Below, one piece after another: positions 39,655 to 49,139 of a stretch of DNA of 64,000 bases. The DNA comes from Peptoniphilus harei (GTDB taxonomy: Bacteria; Bacillota; Clostridia; Tissierellales; Peptoniphilaceae), in contig JAWGHR010000004.1 in assembly GCA_032560695.1 (NCBI GenBank), positions 67,490 to 131,489 on the forward strand, written 5' to 3'. The position numbers and the translations under genes are program-made. Each line of letters begins with the position of its first letter. The first letter of the stretch is position 1. The notes under the pieces are model-generated. The model saw nothing but the letters and a program-made list of their open reading frames with translations. It was not told the DNA's origin and made no database searches.

Positions 39655-39779
39655 AATAAAACTCCTTGGTTTTTTCCAGGGAGTTTTTTCTTTTTTGTTT
39701 TCAATTTTTTATAAATTACATTTCTTAAATTTTTATTTCACTTATTAACTATTTTATAAGTTTCAAATTTTTTGTTACT

Positions 39780-40562
39780 TTAAAATAAGCATTCATCAAT
39801 TATTTCTTTAGACTTCAATTCATCCACCCACTCTTTTGGAAATTCATCAAAGCCATAAATAATTCCTGCCAATCCTCCAGTTACTGCTCCAGTGGTGTCT
39901 GTGTCGTCGCCAAGATTTATTGCCTTTAGGACTGCTTCCCTATAAGAATTTGTATTTAAAAGACACCAAAGAGAGGCTTCGAGAGTGTGGAGGACAAAAC
40001 CTGTTGACTGGATCTCATCTTCAGACTTGTTTTTTATATGGTCAAGTCCAAGCTCTTCTAACTTTTCACCAGCGATTAACCTTCTTGCTATATGAATATA
40101 ATCAAGGCAGGCCTTTCTAGAAATTTCGTGAGCGTGGGTGACGCTTGATACACTTTCAATCTCTTCATCCCTTGCATCAGTAAAGGCAAGAGGCAAGATC
40201 CTCATAAGTGATCCATTGCCATTAGCATAAAAATCATCAATTCCATGACCTTTTGTCAGGGCATCTCTTGTTGTTATCCCCACATCAAAAGTCTCTCCAT
40301 GACAAGCGAACTTTCCTTCAAAGAGCCAGGCCTCAAAATTTTTTCTTATATCTTCAACATCAATTTTATTTTTATCCTTTATAGACTTGCAAGTAGCAAG
40401 AGTAATGCTAGTATCGTCTGACCAGGTCCCAGCAACTTGATTCCAAGTTCCAAAGCCCACCATATCTGTGCAGGTGAAAGTCCCCCTCTTTTTAAACTCA
40501 AAGGGCACGCCAAGTGCATCAGCTATGGCGAGTCCATAAATTCCATCCCTAAGCTTAGACAT
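39780..40562 (-). CDS. ADP-ribosylglycohydrolase family protein
   Basis: GLAIADALG.P.EF, WSDDT, NGNGSLMR, GDDTDT; start after AGGAGG. Confidence 0.9.
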   Translation of the reverse strand: MSKLRDGIYGLAIADALGVPFEFKKRGTFTCTDMVGFGTWNQVAGTWSDDTSITLATCKSIKDKNKIDVEDIRKNFEAWLFEGKFACHGETFDVGITTRDALTKGHGIDDFYANGNGSLMRILPLAFTDARDEEIESVSSVTHAHEISRKACLDYIHIARRLIAGEKLEELGLDHIKNKSEDEIQSTGFVLHTLEASLWCLLNTNSYREAVLKAINLGDDTDTTGAVTGGLAGIIYGFDEFPKEWVDELKSKEIIDECLF

Positions 40563-40625
40563 AAAATCCCTCCTCCTTAGTTTAGATTTATAAATTATTA
40601 AATCAATTATATAAAGTCTGGACAT

Positions 40626-40650
40626 AAAAATAAAGACTCCCCTAAGGAAG
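40626..40650. repeat. 25-bp direct repeat, copy 1 (terminator-like)
   Basis: aaaaataaagactcccctaaggaag, identical to 42095-42119. Confidence 0.8.
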
Positions 40651-40652
40651 CC

Positions 40653-40754
40653 TTATGAATAAATATTTTTTCTGTGACCCACATCAATGGCGAAGATTAT
40701 TAATTTGTCGTCATCAATTTTTGCAAGGAGTCTATAGGCACCAAAACCCTTGTC
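40653..40754 (-). pseudogene. C-terminal remnant of a RelE/ParE-family toxin
   Basis: Translates to DKGFGAYRLLAKIDDDKLIIFAIDVGHRKNIYS*; preceded by an in-frame TAA with no start codon. Confidence 0.7.
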
Positions 40755-40788
40755 TTACAATGTTCAAGCTCATAATTTTCTTATAAAC

Positions 40789-42054
40789 TTAAGCTTCATC
40801 AATTACTGCAGTTGGCTTTGCATAATAAACAAAGATCATTGCATCATATAAATCTTTTGGTACTTCCTTTACCCTATAAGCCCTTGGCATGAATTTCATT
40901 AGTGGAGAATATCCTTCACCTAGACTTACCATGTTAATTTCTTTATTTATAAGGTCAAAAGTTTCTCCTTCTTCAACTTTTGTAAAATCTAAATAATATT
41001 TTCCCTTAAATTTTCTCGCACTGTAAGCTAAAGGATCAGCAGATACAAAGCCATAGTTTGACCTCTTATTATCTGGACCAGCTTCATTGATGTTTACAAT
41101 CCCCTTATAAAAGTCAGTTCCCATAATAAAATATTTTTCGCCAAATATTTTCTTTAAGTGAGATCCCATTGGCTCATAAAATTTTTCACTTTTTGCGATG
41201 TGACCGTTGTGACCAGAAATTAAAAGCATCTTATTTCCCTTTGATTTTTCAAAATCACTTATCCACTTAACATTCTCAGCCATAAGCTCATCTCTCACAT
41301 TATTTACTTTTACATAATCATTAAAATCTAATTCGTAATATTTTACGCTGTCCAAGACATTTGTGATTGCTCTTGAAATAAGCCTTGCAGAGTTAGAAGA
41401 TAGGCTGTCGACATGAGCTTTTATTTCTAACAACAAAGCTTCCTTATCTTTTATCTGTGAGATCTTAAATTTTTCATCTTTAATAAAGTAAAACTCCTTA
41501 TTCAAGTCTTTTTCTTGTAAAATATTATTTTCCTTGCAAAAATCTAAAATTAACTCAATAGATTTTTCTGGGTTCTGCATGTCAAAGCCGTAAAAAGAAA
41601 GCTTGTCCTCATCCTTTGCTCTTTGGTTGTAGTCGAACATATAATTTATAAGATCATTCATATTCCCTGTGTGATAAATATTAAAAGAAAAAATTCTTGA
41701 AATATTTTCATCTCTTTTGTCTCCATGAATGTAATTATTGATTATCATTCCTTCGCCAAAATCAGCTTCAATGGCAAAGCTCTTTAAATTATTTTTTTCA
41801 ACTAAGGTCTTTAAAACTTCTAATTTTAAATTCTGAAAGTCAGAATTCCCGTGAGTAGCTTCCCCAAGTCCAACAACTTCTATATTGTCATCTAAATCTA
41901 TCTCACTTACAGCTTTACCATAGTCTTCTATATCTGAAATGTTTTTCCTTGCACTTAACTTTGGAAGGTTAATCCACAAAAAATCTCCAATCCCTATAAG
42001 AATAATAAGGGATACTAAAAAAATTAAAATTCCTTTTAAAATTTTCTTTATCAT
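40789..42054 (-). CDS. Erythromycin esterase family protein with N-terminal membrane anchor
   Basis: VGLGEATHG, AIEAD, FYGFDMQ, RD..MAENV.W, HNGHI. Confidence 0.82.
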   Translation of the reverse strand: MIKKILKGILIFLVSLIILIGIGDFLWINLPKLSARKNISDIEDYGKAVSEIDLDDNIEVVGLGEATHGNSDFQNLKLEVLKTLVEKNNLKSFAIEADFGEGMIINNYIHGDKRDENISRIFSFNIYHTGNMNDLINYMFDYNQRAKDEDKLSFYGFDMQNPEKSIELILDFCKENNILQEKDLNKEFYFIKDEKFKISQIKDKEALLLEIKAHVDSLSSNSARLISRAITNVLDSVKYYELDFNDYVKVNNVRDELMAENVKWISDFEKSKGNKMLLISGHNGHIAKSEKFYEPMGSHLKKIFGEKYFIMGTDFYKGIVNINEAGPDNKRSNYGFVSADPLAYSARKFKGKYYLDFTKVEEGETFDLINKEINMVSLGEGYSPLMKFMPRAYRVKEVPKDLYDAMIFVYYAKPTAVIDEA

Positions 42055-42094
42055 TTTCTCACCTTCTTTTCCTTATTATATTTATTTTAATCAA

Positions 42095-42125
42095 AAAAAT
42101 AAAGACTCCCCTAAGGAAGTCTTTA
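42095..42125 (-). terminator. pta terminator, containing 25-bp direct repeat copy 2
   Basis: aaagactcccct-aaggaagtcttt hairpin with a U-run on the minus strand. Confidence 0.75.
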
Positions 42126-42137
42126 AGTCTATTTTTA

Positions 42138-43109
42138 TTAAAGAACTGCTTGTGCTGCTGTTATGATAGCTAGTGCGTAAGCTTCGTCTTCTACACAACC
42201 TCTTGAAAGGTCATTTACTGGAGCGTTAAGTCCTTGTAGGATAGGTCCTACTGCCTTGAATCCACCAAAGTATTGTGCAAGTTTGTAGCCAATGTTACCT
42301 GCTTCAATGCTTGGGAAGATAAATACATTTGCGTGACCTGCTACCTTTGATTCTGGAGCTTTCTTTGCTGCAACTCTTTCGATGAAGGCTGCGTCAAATT
42401 GAAGTTCTCCGTCAACTGCCATTTCTGGATTTCTTTCTGCTGCCATCTTAGCTGCGTCTGCTACCATTGTTACTCTTTCGTGAGAAGCTGATCCGTGAGA
42501 TGAGAAGGAAAGCATTGCAACCTTTGGATCGATACCAAATTGTTTTGCAGTTTCATTTGATACTACTGCTACTTCTGCTAGGCCTTCTGCGTCAAGGTCT
42601 GTGTTAATTGCACAGTCTGCCATTAGGTATAGTTCATCATTTCTGATCATAATAAAGGCACCTGAGCATCTCTTGTATTCTGGTTTTGTTTTTATGATTT
42701 GAAGAGCTGGTCTTACTGTGTCTGCAGTTGTGTGAGCTGCACCTGATACAAGTCCCTTAGCTTTTTCCATATATACAAGCATTGTACCAAAGTAGTTGTT
42801 GTCCTTTAGGATTTCTGCAGCTTGTTCTTCGTTAACTTTTCCTTTTCTTCTTTCTACGAAAGCCTTAACCATTTCATCTTTTGCTTCGTAAGTATCTGGA
42901 TTAAGGATTTCAAGATTTCCAAGTTCAACGCCTTCTTTTTCTGCAAGAGCTTTTAGTTCTTCTTCGTCTCCAAGAACGATTGGCTTAATGTCTCCTTCGT
43001 CGTTAAGTCTAATTGCTGCTCTTAAGATTCTTCTGTCGTTTCCTTCTGGAAATACTATTTCTGGTTTTGCTTCTCTAACTTTTACTTTTAATTCTTCTAT
43101 TAGTGCCAT
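42138..43109 (-). CDS. pta: Phosphate acetyltransferase
   Basis: IVFPEG, SGAAHTTADTVRPALQIIKT, DGELQFDAA, VNDLSRGC. Confidence 0.96.
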   Translation of the reverse strand: MALIEELKVKVREAKPEIVFPEGNDRRILRAAIRLNDEGDIKPIVLGDEEELKALAEKEGVELGNLEILNPDTYEAKDEMVKAFVERRKGKVNEEQAAEILKDNNYFGTMLVYMEKAKGLVSGAAHTTADTVRPALQIIKTKPEYKRCSGAFIMIRNDELYLMADCAINTDLDAEGLAEVAVVSNETAKQFGIDPKVAMLSFSSHGSASHERVTMVADAAKMAAERNPEMAVDGELQFDAAFIERVAAKKAPESKVAGHANVFIFPSIEAGNIGYKLAQYFGGFKAVGPILQGLNAPVNDLSRGCVEDEAYALAIITAAQAVL

Positions 43110-43163
43110 AATTTCCCCCTAATTCTATTAATAAATAATATTATATATCTAATGAAAAATAAT

Positions 43164-44138
43164 TTAAAGTGAATAAGCCTTAAAACTTACATCTTCTATA
43201 ACTTGATTTAGTCTTACTGAATCTGCAACGAGTTTCGCAAGACGATGATGGTCCATTGTATGAACCCTTAAAACTTCTACACCCTTGTAAGCTCCTATAG
43301 TTGTAAGAGCTGCTGATGCTTCGTCTCTGTTTTCAAATCCTTCTTCACTATTGCCGTCAGCATCAATATTGTTTTCACTTAAAATATTTGTGATAAATCT
43401 CTTTCTGGAAACCCCAAGGAAAGTGAAGCATCCCATTTCTCTTAGGACGTCAATCTTATCTATTAACTTTAAATTTTCCTTTTTTGTAAGTGCAAAGCCA
43501 ATGCCTGGATCAAGCATAATTCTTTCCCTTGGAATTCCATTTTCTTCTGCACGTTCAAGAGATTTTGACAAGTACTTCTTCATGACTTCAAGGACATCCA
43601 TGTCTTCAAAGGATTTTAACTCTTCTTCAGTGAAGGCTCCTTCGCCACCAAAGGATGGGAAGTTGGCAGATGACTTGTGGTTTGGTCTTGCAATCTTTGG
43701 ATTAAACATCAAGATTGCACCAACATCACTCTTGCCCACAACTTGTGCCATTCTTGGATCTCCCATAAAGCCTGTGATGTCATTTACGAAGTCAACACCT
43801 GCTTCAATTGCTGCTTCAGCAACGTCAGCCTTCCATGTATCAATAGAAAGAGGAACATCTGTCATAGTCTTTAATTCTTTTATAACTGGTACAACTCTCT
43901 CAATTTCCTCTTGGATTTCAACATAGTGGGATCCAGGCCTAGTTGATTCGCCGCCAAGGTCAATCATGCCGGCACCAGCTTCTATAAGTTCAAGTGCCCT
44001 CTTAATAGCCTTGTCCTTACCATACCACTTGCCCCCATCAGAGAAGGAGTCAGGCGTACAATTTACAATTCCGCAAAGAATAGTTTCTCCACCAGATTCT
44101 AAAACTTTATCCTTGTATTTACAAACTAAATTTTCCAT
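43164..44138 (-). CDS. folP: Dihydropteroate synthase
   Basis: TPDSFSDGG, GGESTRPG, DPGIGF, SRKRF, RVH. Confidence 0.94.
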   Translation of the reverse strand: MENLVCKYKDKVLESGGETILCGIVNCTPDSFSDGGKWYGKDKAIKRALELIEAGAGMIDLGGESTRPGSHYVEIQEEIERVVPVIKELKTMTDVPLSIDTWKADVAEAAIEAGVDFVNDITGFMGDPRMAQVVGKSDVGAILMFNPKIARPNHKSSANFPSFGGEGAFTEEELKSFEDMDVLEVMKKYLSKSLERAEENGIPRERIMLDPGIGFALTKKENLKLIDKIDVLREMGCFTFLGVSRKRFITNILSENNIDADGNSEEGFENRDEASAALTTIGAYKGVEVLRVHTMDHHRLAKLVADSVRLNQVIEDVSFKAYSL

Positions 44139-44232
44139 AATTCACTCCAAATTTTATTTTTTCATTTAAATATTTATAATTCTTTAGCCAATAGATATTT
44201 TATGACTTGTCACTACTTAAAGCAAATAAATT

Positions 44233-45228
44233 TTACTTTGCGTAGTATAAAAGAACTCCGTCATCAGACCACTCAAAGTCAGCCTTACCTATGGCCCTTA
44301 GATGTTCAAGATGGGCGTGAGCTTCTCCAGCTGCGAAAAACTTTTGAGTATTAGGGAATTCAGAAAAGTCTCTGGCCCTCATATCCCAAGTCATGTTCAT
44401 GGCAATATCTCTTACAGTGCACTTTCCCTTTTCCTTTAAAGTCTTGTAGGCTTCATCAATCCTGTGTTGGTGGTGAGCCTTTAACTCGTCAATCCTCTTT
44501 GGCACATCTTCAATTAGAGCCCTGTGAGAAGAATACAAGTGATCAATTGGAAGGTCCCTTAGCTTTTCAATATTAATTAAATACCTACCAAGGCTGTCGC
44601 CCACTGTAAAGTTCCAAAAAGTTATGTTTGGAGTAATATCTCCCAAGAGGTGGTCGCCGCAGAATAAAATTTTTCTCTCTTCTTCATAAAGTCCAACCAT
44701 GCCAGGAGTGTGACCAGAAAAATCCATCCCCTTAAAAGTAAAGTCCCCAACCTTTAAAATATAATTTGGATTAAAGGAAACATAAGGAAACTCAGCCTTT
44801 GGCCTGTAAACAAAACCAGCGTGCTCTTCGATTTTTAAATTGTCCTCTTCAAGGCCTTGGATGTGAGTAGTCTCCATGACTTCCTTCCATCTCTTTGAAT
44901 TAGCATCAGCCATAGAAGACATCATCCTGTAGTCAATATCTCCCATGTAAATTTCAATGCCAAGCTCTTCATGAAACCATGAAGCAAGTCCTGTGTGGTC
45001 AGAGTGAAGGTGGGTCAAGAATAAAATTGTCTTGTCGTAGTCCACTTCCATTTCCTTCATAAAAGAAAGCATCTCACTTCTAATTTCTTCGGTGTTAAAG
45101 CCTGTGTCCACAATCATGGCCTCTCCCTTGGACTTGACCATGTAAATGTTTATACTCTTTAAGGGGTTGCCCTTAAGTGGAATAATTTTACAATAAACCC
45201 CATCTGAAAGTTTTTTAATTTGTGACAT
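44233..45228 (-). CDS. MBL-fold metallo-hydrolase
   Basis: THLHSDHTG, GHTPG, GDH. Confidence 0.88.
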   Translation of the reverse strand: MSQIKKLSDGVYCKIIPLKGNPLKSINIYMVKSKGEAMIVDTGFNTEEIRSEMLSFMKEMEVDYDKTILFLTHLHSDHTGLASWFHEELGIEIYMGDIDYRMMSSMADANSKRWKEVMETTHIQGLEEDNLKIEEHAGFVYRPKAEFPYVSFNPNYILKVGDFTFKGMDFSGHTPGMVGLYEEERKILFCGDHLLGDITPNITFWNFTVGDSLGRYLINIEKLRDLPIDHLYSSHRALIEDVPKRIDELKAHHQHRIDEAYKTLKEKGKCTVRDIAMNMTWDMRARDFSEFPNTQKFFAAGEAHAHLEHLRAIGKADFEWSDDGVLLYYAK

Positions 45229-45275
45229 ATTTCCTCCCATTGCTCATTTCATGTATAATAAATACGAGGTGAAAC

Positions 45276-45692
45276 ATGAGCGATTTTTTATTAAAACTAT
45301 TTAAAGTTGAAACCATTAATAAACTGCCTATAGATAGATTATACCCCATTGTGGAAGCTTTAGACCAGGACCAGAGAAAGCTTATAGCTTCTTCTTATGA
45401 ACTTACCCTTGAAGGACTAAGCGAGAGAGAAGAAATTGATGCAATCCACGAGACAATCTTGGCAAAGTTTAAAGACACACTACTTTCCTTTGACGAGAAG
45501 GAGCACAAGTCCTTCTACGACTTTTACAATGGCACAGTAGACTACGGCGACGAAAATGTCTACATCAACATGAAAAAATTCACAAGACTAGGACTAATGT
45601 ATCTTTTCTTGTCTAAAACAGGCGGCTACTTTAACTTTGTAATACCAGTGGAGTTAATAGAAGAGTACGAAAGACTATTAAAGTCTTCATAA
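45276..45692 (+). CDS. Hypothetical protein
   Basis: GAGGTG RBS; 138-aa ORF with host-like codon usage. Confidence 0.65.
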   Translation: MSDFLLKLFKVETINKLPIDRLYPIVEALDQDQRKLIASSYELTLEGLSEREEIDAIHETILAKFKDTLLSFDEKEHKSFYDFYNGTVDYGDENVYINMKKFTRLGLMYLFLSKTGGYFNFVIPVELIEEYERLLKSS

Positions 45693-45765
45693 GAACTTAT
45701 AATAAATAAAAAACTTTTATTTAAAGCATGATAACTTATTGGACATTAATTAATAGGAGGAAAGT

Positions 45766-46704
45766 ATGAAAATCTCAAAAAAACTTATAACGTTACTTAC
45801 GGTTAGCTTGCTAATGACAGGTTGCTCTGAGGCAAATAAGAAAAATTCTAATGACCCCAAGTCTTCAGTGGAAGTTAATAAAAAAATAATAAATAAGGAA
45901 GTCACTCTATCAAAAGATTTTTTAGAAATGGCAGAAATCGACGACCCACAAGCATCAATAGACGAACTTATTAATGATAAGGTCATAAAAAAAAGTGGTA
46001 CGGTCAATGAAGACGGTTCTGTTACTTATATTATGACTCCAAGCCAACATAAGGCTTATATGAAATCTTTAAAAGAAAGTTTTGAAGAAGGTAACCAAGA
46101 ATTAATAAATGATTCTGATAACTCTATTTTAGATATAAAACCTAACGATGACTTTTCTAAATTTGATATTTATGTCGATCCAAATTCTTATTCTTCTTTT
46201 GATTCTCTAATGGCCATAGCCTTCTACATTCAAGGAGGATATTACAGAATGTTTAATGGAGATAAAGACTCAAGTGTTATTGTTAATTTCATAAACAATG
46301 ATACTAAAGAAATCATTGAAAGTGGAGATTCTTCCAAACTCTTAGATTCTAATACAAAAGAAGTGTCTTCTAAAGAGCTAGATGTTAAAGTTGAGGATCT
46401 TCCATACAGTATTGTTGAACAAAAACCAGATTCTATAGGAAGTGTTTATGGCGTTGCAACTTTTAAAAATAATTCAAAATATCCTGTAAAATATTTCGAA
46501 ATGTCTGGAGTGCTTCCATCAACAAATGAAACTAGTTATTTTATGAACTCAGATACTGTAATGCCAGGAGAAACTTCATCAAACTTCGAGTCTTTTTATG
46601 AAAAAGGAACTAATATTTCAAAAATTTCTTATTGCTATATCAAAGATGATGAAGAAATATATGTGGACTATGACGTAAAACTAGATTCCTACGAAACTTA
46701 TTAA
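45766..46704 (+). CDS. Hypothetical lipoprotein
   Basis: Signal peptide with LLMTG-C lipobox; AGGAGG RBS; followed by a terminator. Confidence 0.75.
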   Translation: MKISKKLITLLTVSLLMTGCSEANKKNSNDPKSSVEVNKKIINKEVTLSKDFLEMAEIDDPQASIDELINDKVIKKSGTVNEDGSVTYIMTPSQHKAYMKSLKESFEEGNQELINDSDNSILDIKPNDDFSKFDIYVDPNSYSSFDSLMAIAFYIQGGYYRMFNGDKDSSVIVNFINNDTKEIIESGDSSKLLDSNTKEVSSKELDVKVEDLPYSIVEQKPDSIGSVYGVATFKNNSKYPVKYFEMSGVLPSTNETSYFMNSDTVMPGETSSNFESFYEKGTNISKISYCYIKDDEEIYVDYDVKLDSYETY

Positions 46705-46803
46705 TAATACAATTTTAATTTATAAGGGGGCTTAAGTTATCTTAAGTCCCTTTTTGTGAATTTACGCAAAATAAAAAAGCCATTCACATGAATGACTTTG
46801 CTT

Positions 46804-47147
46804 TGGTGGAGGCGGTGGGAGTCGAACCCACGTCCGAAGACCCCTTACAGAAAGATTCTCCGAGTGCAGACTCCTCTTTAATTTTCCCCTGTATTACTAG
46901 AGTGTCAAACTCATACAAGGTATCGCCATAAACCCCCTCTGCTATGGCGCCTCACAGAGTTCGTTTGCCCGCTAATTTGAAACCCGGTTACAGATCGCGG
47001 TGTCTGGCCGGATTGCTACCTAATTAGGCAGCTAGTGCGAAATTATTTTCGTCGTTTATTTTTTAATAGACCATTTTAACGTTGTGTGATCCATCAACGA
47101 CTCGCTACTTTAAGCTCAAAATCCCCGTCGAAACCATTTTCGCCCCC
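46804..47147 (-). ncRNA. ssrA: tmRNA; tag (A)DENNFALAA at 47024-47053
   Basis: 5' GGGGGCG...TTCGAC; 3' GGTTCGACTCCCACCGCCTCCACCA; G3-U pair; ATAAAC before the resume codon. Confidence 0.95.
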
Positions 47148-47171
47148 ATATTTACTTAGACTAAAATTATA

Positions 47172-47822
47172 CTAGATGGCCTGGTCTTTGTCAATTTTAG
47201 GGGACCTTGGTCTCCTTCTCTTCCTCTTCTTCTTTGCAAATTTATATCTTAAAATTTTCTCCCATATTAGGTAACCAATAAGAGCTCCAAGGACATTTAA
47301 CATTAAATCGTCAATGTCTACTGATCTTCCTATAAAAAACTGGATAAATTCTACAAAAAAAGATGTGGCAATGGACGCTCCTAAAATTTTTAATAAATTT
47401 CTAAATTTTGGAAAAATTTCTGGCAGCAAAATTCCAAAAGGAATAAAAATTATTATATTTCCAAAAATATTTGTAAGTGTGTGAAGGAAGCCTGAGTATT
47501 TTAAATAGTTTTTCATAGTCCTAAAGGGAACTAGGTTGACTCCCCATGCTCCTGATGTCAGTCTGTCTTTGAAGTTGCCAACGAAGTCAAAGTTTTCATT
47601 GGTCAAGTTTATGCCAGAGCTTGCTATGTAGGAATTAGGTGTGAAGAGCATGATCGCCAAGAAAACTAGGTAAGCTACAAAAAGGCTAAGCAAAAATTCT
47701 CTAAAACCTGTGGAGTTTTTCTTCCTGTGGGCGAAAAATTTCACTCTTATAAGAGAGAAGCCCACAAAGCTAATTATAAAGGCAGGAATTATTCTTGCCG
47801 CAAAAAATAAAAACAATCTCAT
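47172..47822 (-). CDS. VanZ-like family membrane protein
   Basis: NLVPF, GNIIIFIPFG, EFIQ...GRS.DIDD..LN..G. Confidence 0.88.
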   Translation of the reverse strand: MRLFLFFAARIIPAFIISFVGFSLIRVKFFAHRKKNSTGFREFLLSLFVAYLVFLAIMLFTPNSYIASSGINLTNENFDFVGNFKDRLTSGAWGVNLVPFRTMKNYLKYSGFLHTLTNIFGNIIIFIPFGILLPEIFPKFRNLLKILGASIATSFFVEFIQFFIGRSVDIDDLMLNVLGALIGYLIWEKILRYKFAKKKRKRRRPRSPKIDKDQAI

Positions 47823-48457
47823 AATTTTTTCAATTCTATTAATTTTCGTGCAGAATATTTATTTTCATCAACAATTGTTGGCCAAGTATCTTTGGAGTTT
47901 TCGTCATAGATTCCAACACCAATAAGTCCTGCCCTCTTAGCTGTTCTTAAGGCAAGATAGGAGTCGTCAATTAAAAATATTTCTTTTGGATCTTCTCCAA
48001 GGTCATCTGCAATTGTAAGATAAAATTCTTCTTCTCCCTTTAGGTGTCCCACTGAGTCAGCTGTGTATAGTCCGTCAATTAACTTATCTATCCCATACTT
48101 TTCTATAACTATGTTGGCGAAGTGGGCAGCAGTCGATGTTCCTATTACTACTTTCATGCCCTTGTCTCTAAAATATTTTAAAATTTCAAGAGAGCCTTCC
48201 TTCGTTTCAACTTTATTTCTGTAAAAGTCTTCAACTGTCCTGCTAAAATCTCTAAGTAGTTCTTCAAAACTTTCTTCTAATTTATAGTAGTCCTTTAAGT
48301 ATTTTAAGGATGCGTCCAAGTTCATGGTTGTCATCTTGTGCTGAACTGCATCTTCTATATCTATTCCCTTGGTCTTCATGAAGTCACGAGAAACACTTCT
48401 CCAATATCCCATAGAGTCAACTAGGGTTCCATCTAAATCAAAAATAATAGCCTTCAT
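47819..48457 (-). CDS. HAD family phosphatase
   Basis: FDLDGTLVDS, TS, K, IDDS. Confidence 0.9.
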   Translation of the reverse strand: MKAIIFDLDGTLVDSMGYWRSVSRDFMKTKGIDIEDAVQHKMTTMNLDASLKYLKDYYKLEESFEELLRDFSRTVEDFYRNKVETKEGSLEILKYFRDKGMKVVIGTSTAAHFANIVIEKYGIDKLIDGLYTADSVGHLKGEEEFYLTIADDLGEDPKEIFLIDDSYLALRTAKRAGLIGVGIYDENSKDTWPTIVDENKYSARKLIELKKL

Positions 48458-48563
48458 GTTACCTCCTTTTCCATAATAATATTATTCTAGTTGTATTTTT
48501 ACTATATTTCAAGTATAATGATTTGGATAGCTTATAAATTTGTAAATTTATTTTAAAAAAGCT

Positions 48564-48591
48564 TTGACAAATATTTTTTCCATGTTATAAT
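48564..48591 (+). promoter_or_regulatory. SigA promoter of tRNA-Pro
   Basis: TTGACA-16 bp-TATAAT with TG extension. Confidence 0.75.
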
Positions 48592-48643
48592 AGTATTTGT
48601 TCGAAAATAGAATATAAGATTTTCACTTTTGTGAATCTATCGT

Positions 48644-48720
48644 CGGGGTGTAGCGCAGTTTGGTAGCGCACGTGGTTTGGGACCATGGGGCCGGGGGTTC
48701 GAATCCTCTCACCCCGACCA
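48644..48720 (+). tRNA. tRNA-Pro(TGG)
   Basis: CGGGGTG acceptor stem, anticodon TGG at 48678-48680, GTTCGAATC T-loop, encoded CCA. Confidence 0.96.
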
Positions 48721-48758
48721 TTTTTTTATTTTATATTATTTACAATTAATTAAAGCTT

Positions 48759-48791
48759 AAGCATGTACTTACTCAGGTACATGCTTTTTTT
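48759..48791 (+). terminator. tRNA-Pro terminator
   Basis: aagcatgtact...ggtacatgctt followed by T-run. Confidence 0.8.
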
Positions 48792-49139
48792 ATTTTAAAA
48801 GCTTTTACTCTTCCTCCCCAGTAAGCTAGCAAATTTTATTAAAATTTTAATTCTTTCATCAATAAAGACTGCCGATTCAATTTGTATGATTATAAAAATT
48901 TAAATTTATGCAAAATTTTACTTTTCTATAAGTTTCCCTTTACTTTATAGATTAAAAATTTACAAAAAATCTTTTTAATAATCTAATACATACTTAAATG
49001 AAGCTTTAAGTAAAAGTATTTTTACTGAGTTTTTGCAAACGATTTAATCCTTGGAAATTGCTAGTTTTTCTTCTTGTTTTTGTTGTCTCTTAGTTCTATA
49101 ATTGGGTTAAGAATAATAAAGGTAAAGGAGGTTTTATTT

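Noticed and set aside
47172..47822. VanZ-like gene as a glycopeptide resistance cluster
   Set aside because: No vanHAX or vanRS nearby; stand-alone VanZ-like genes are widespread
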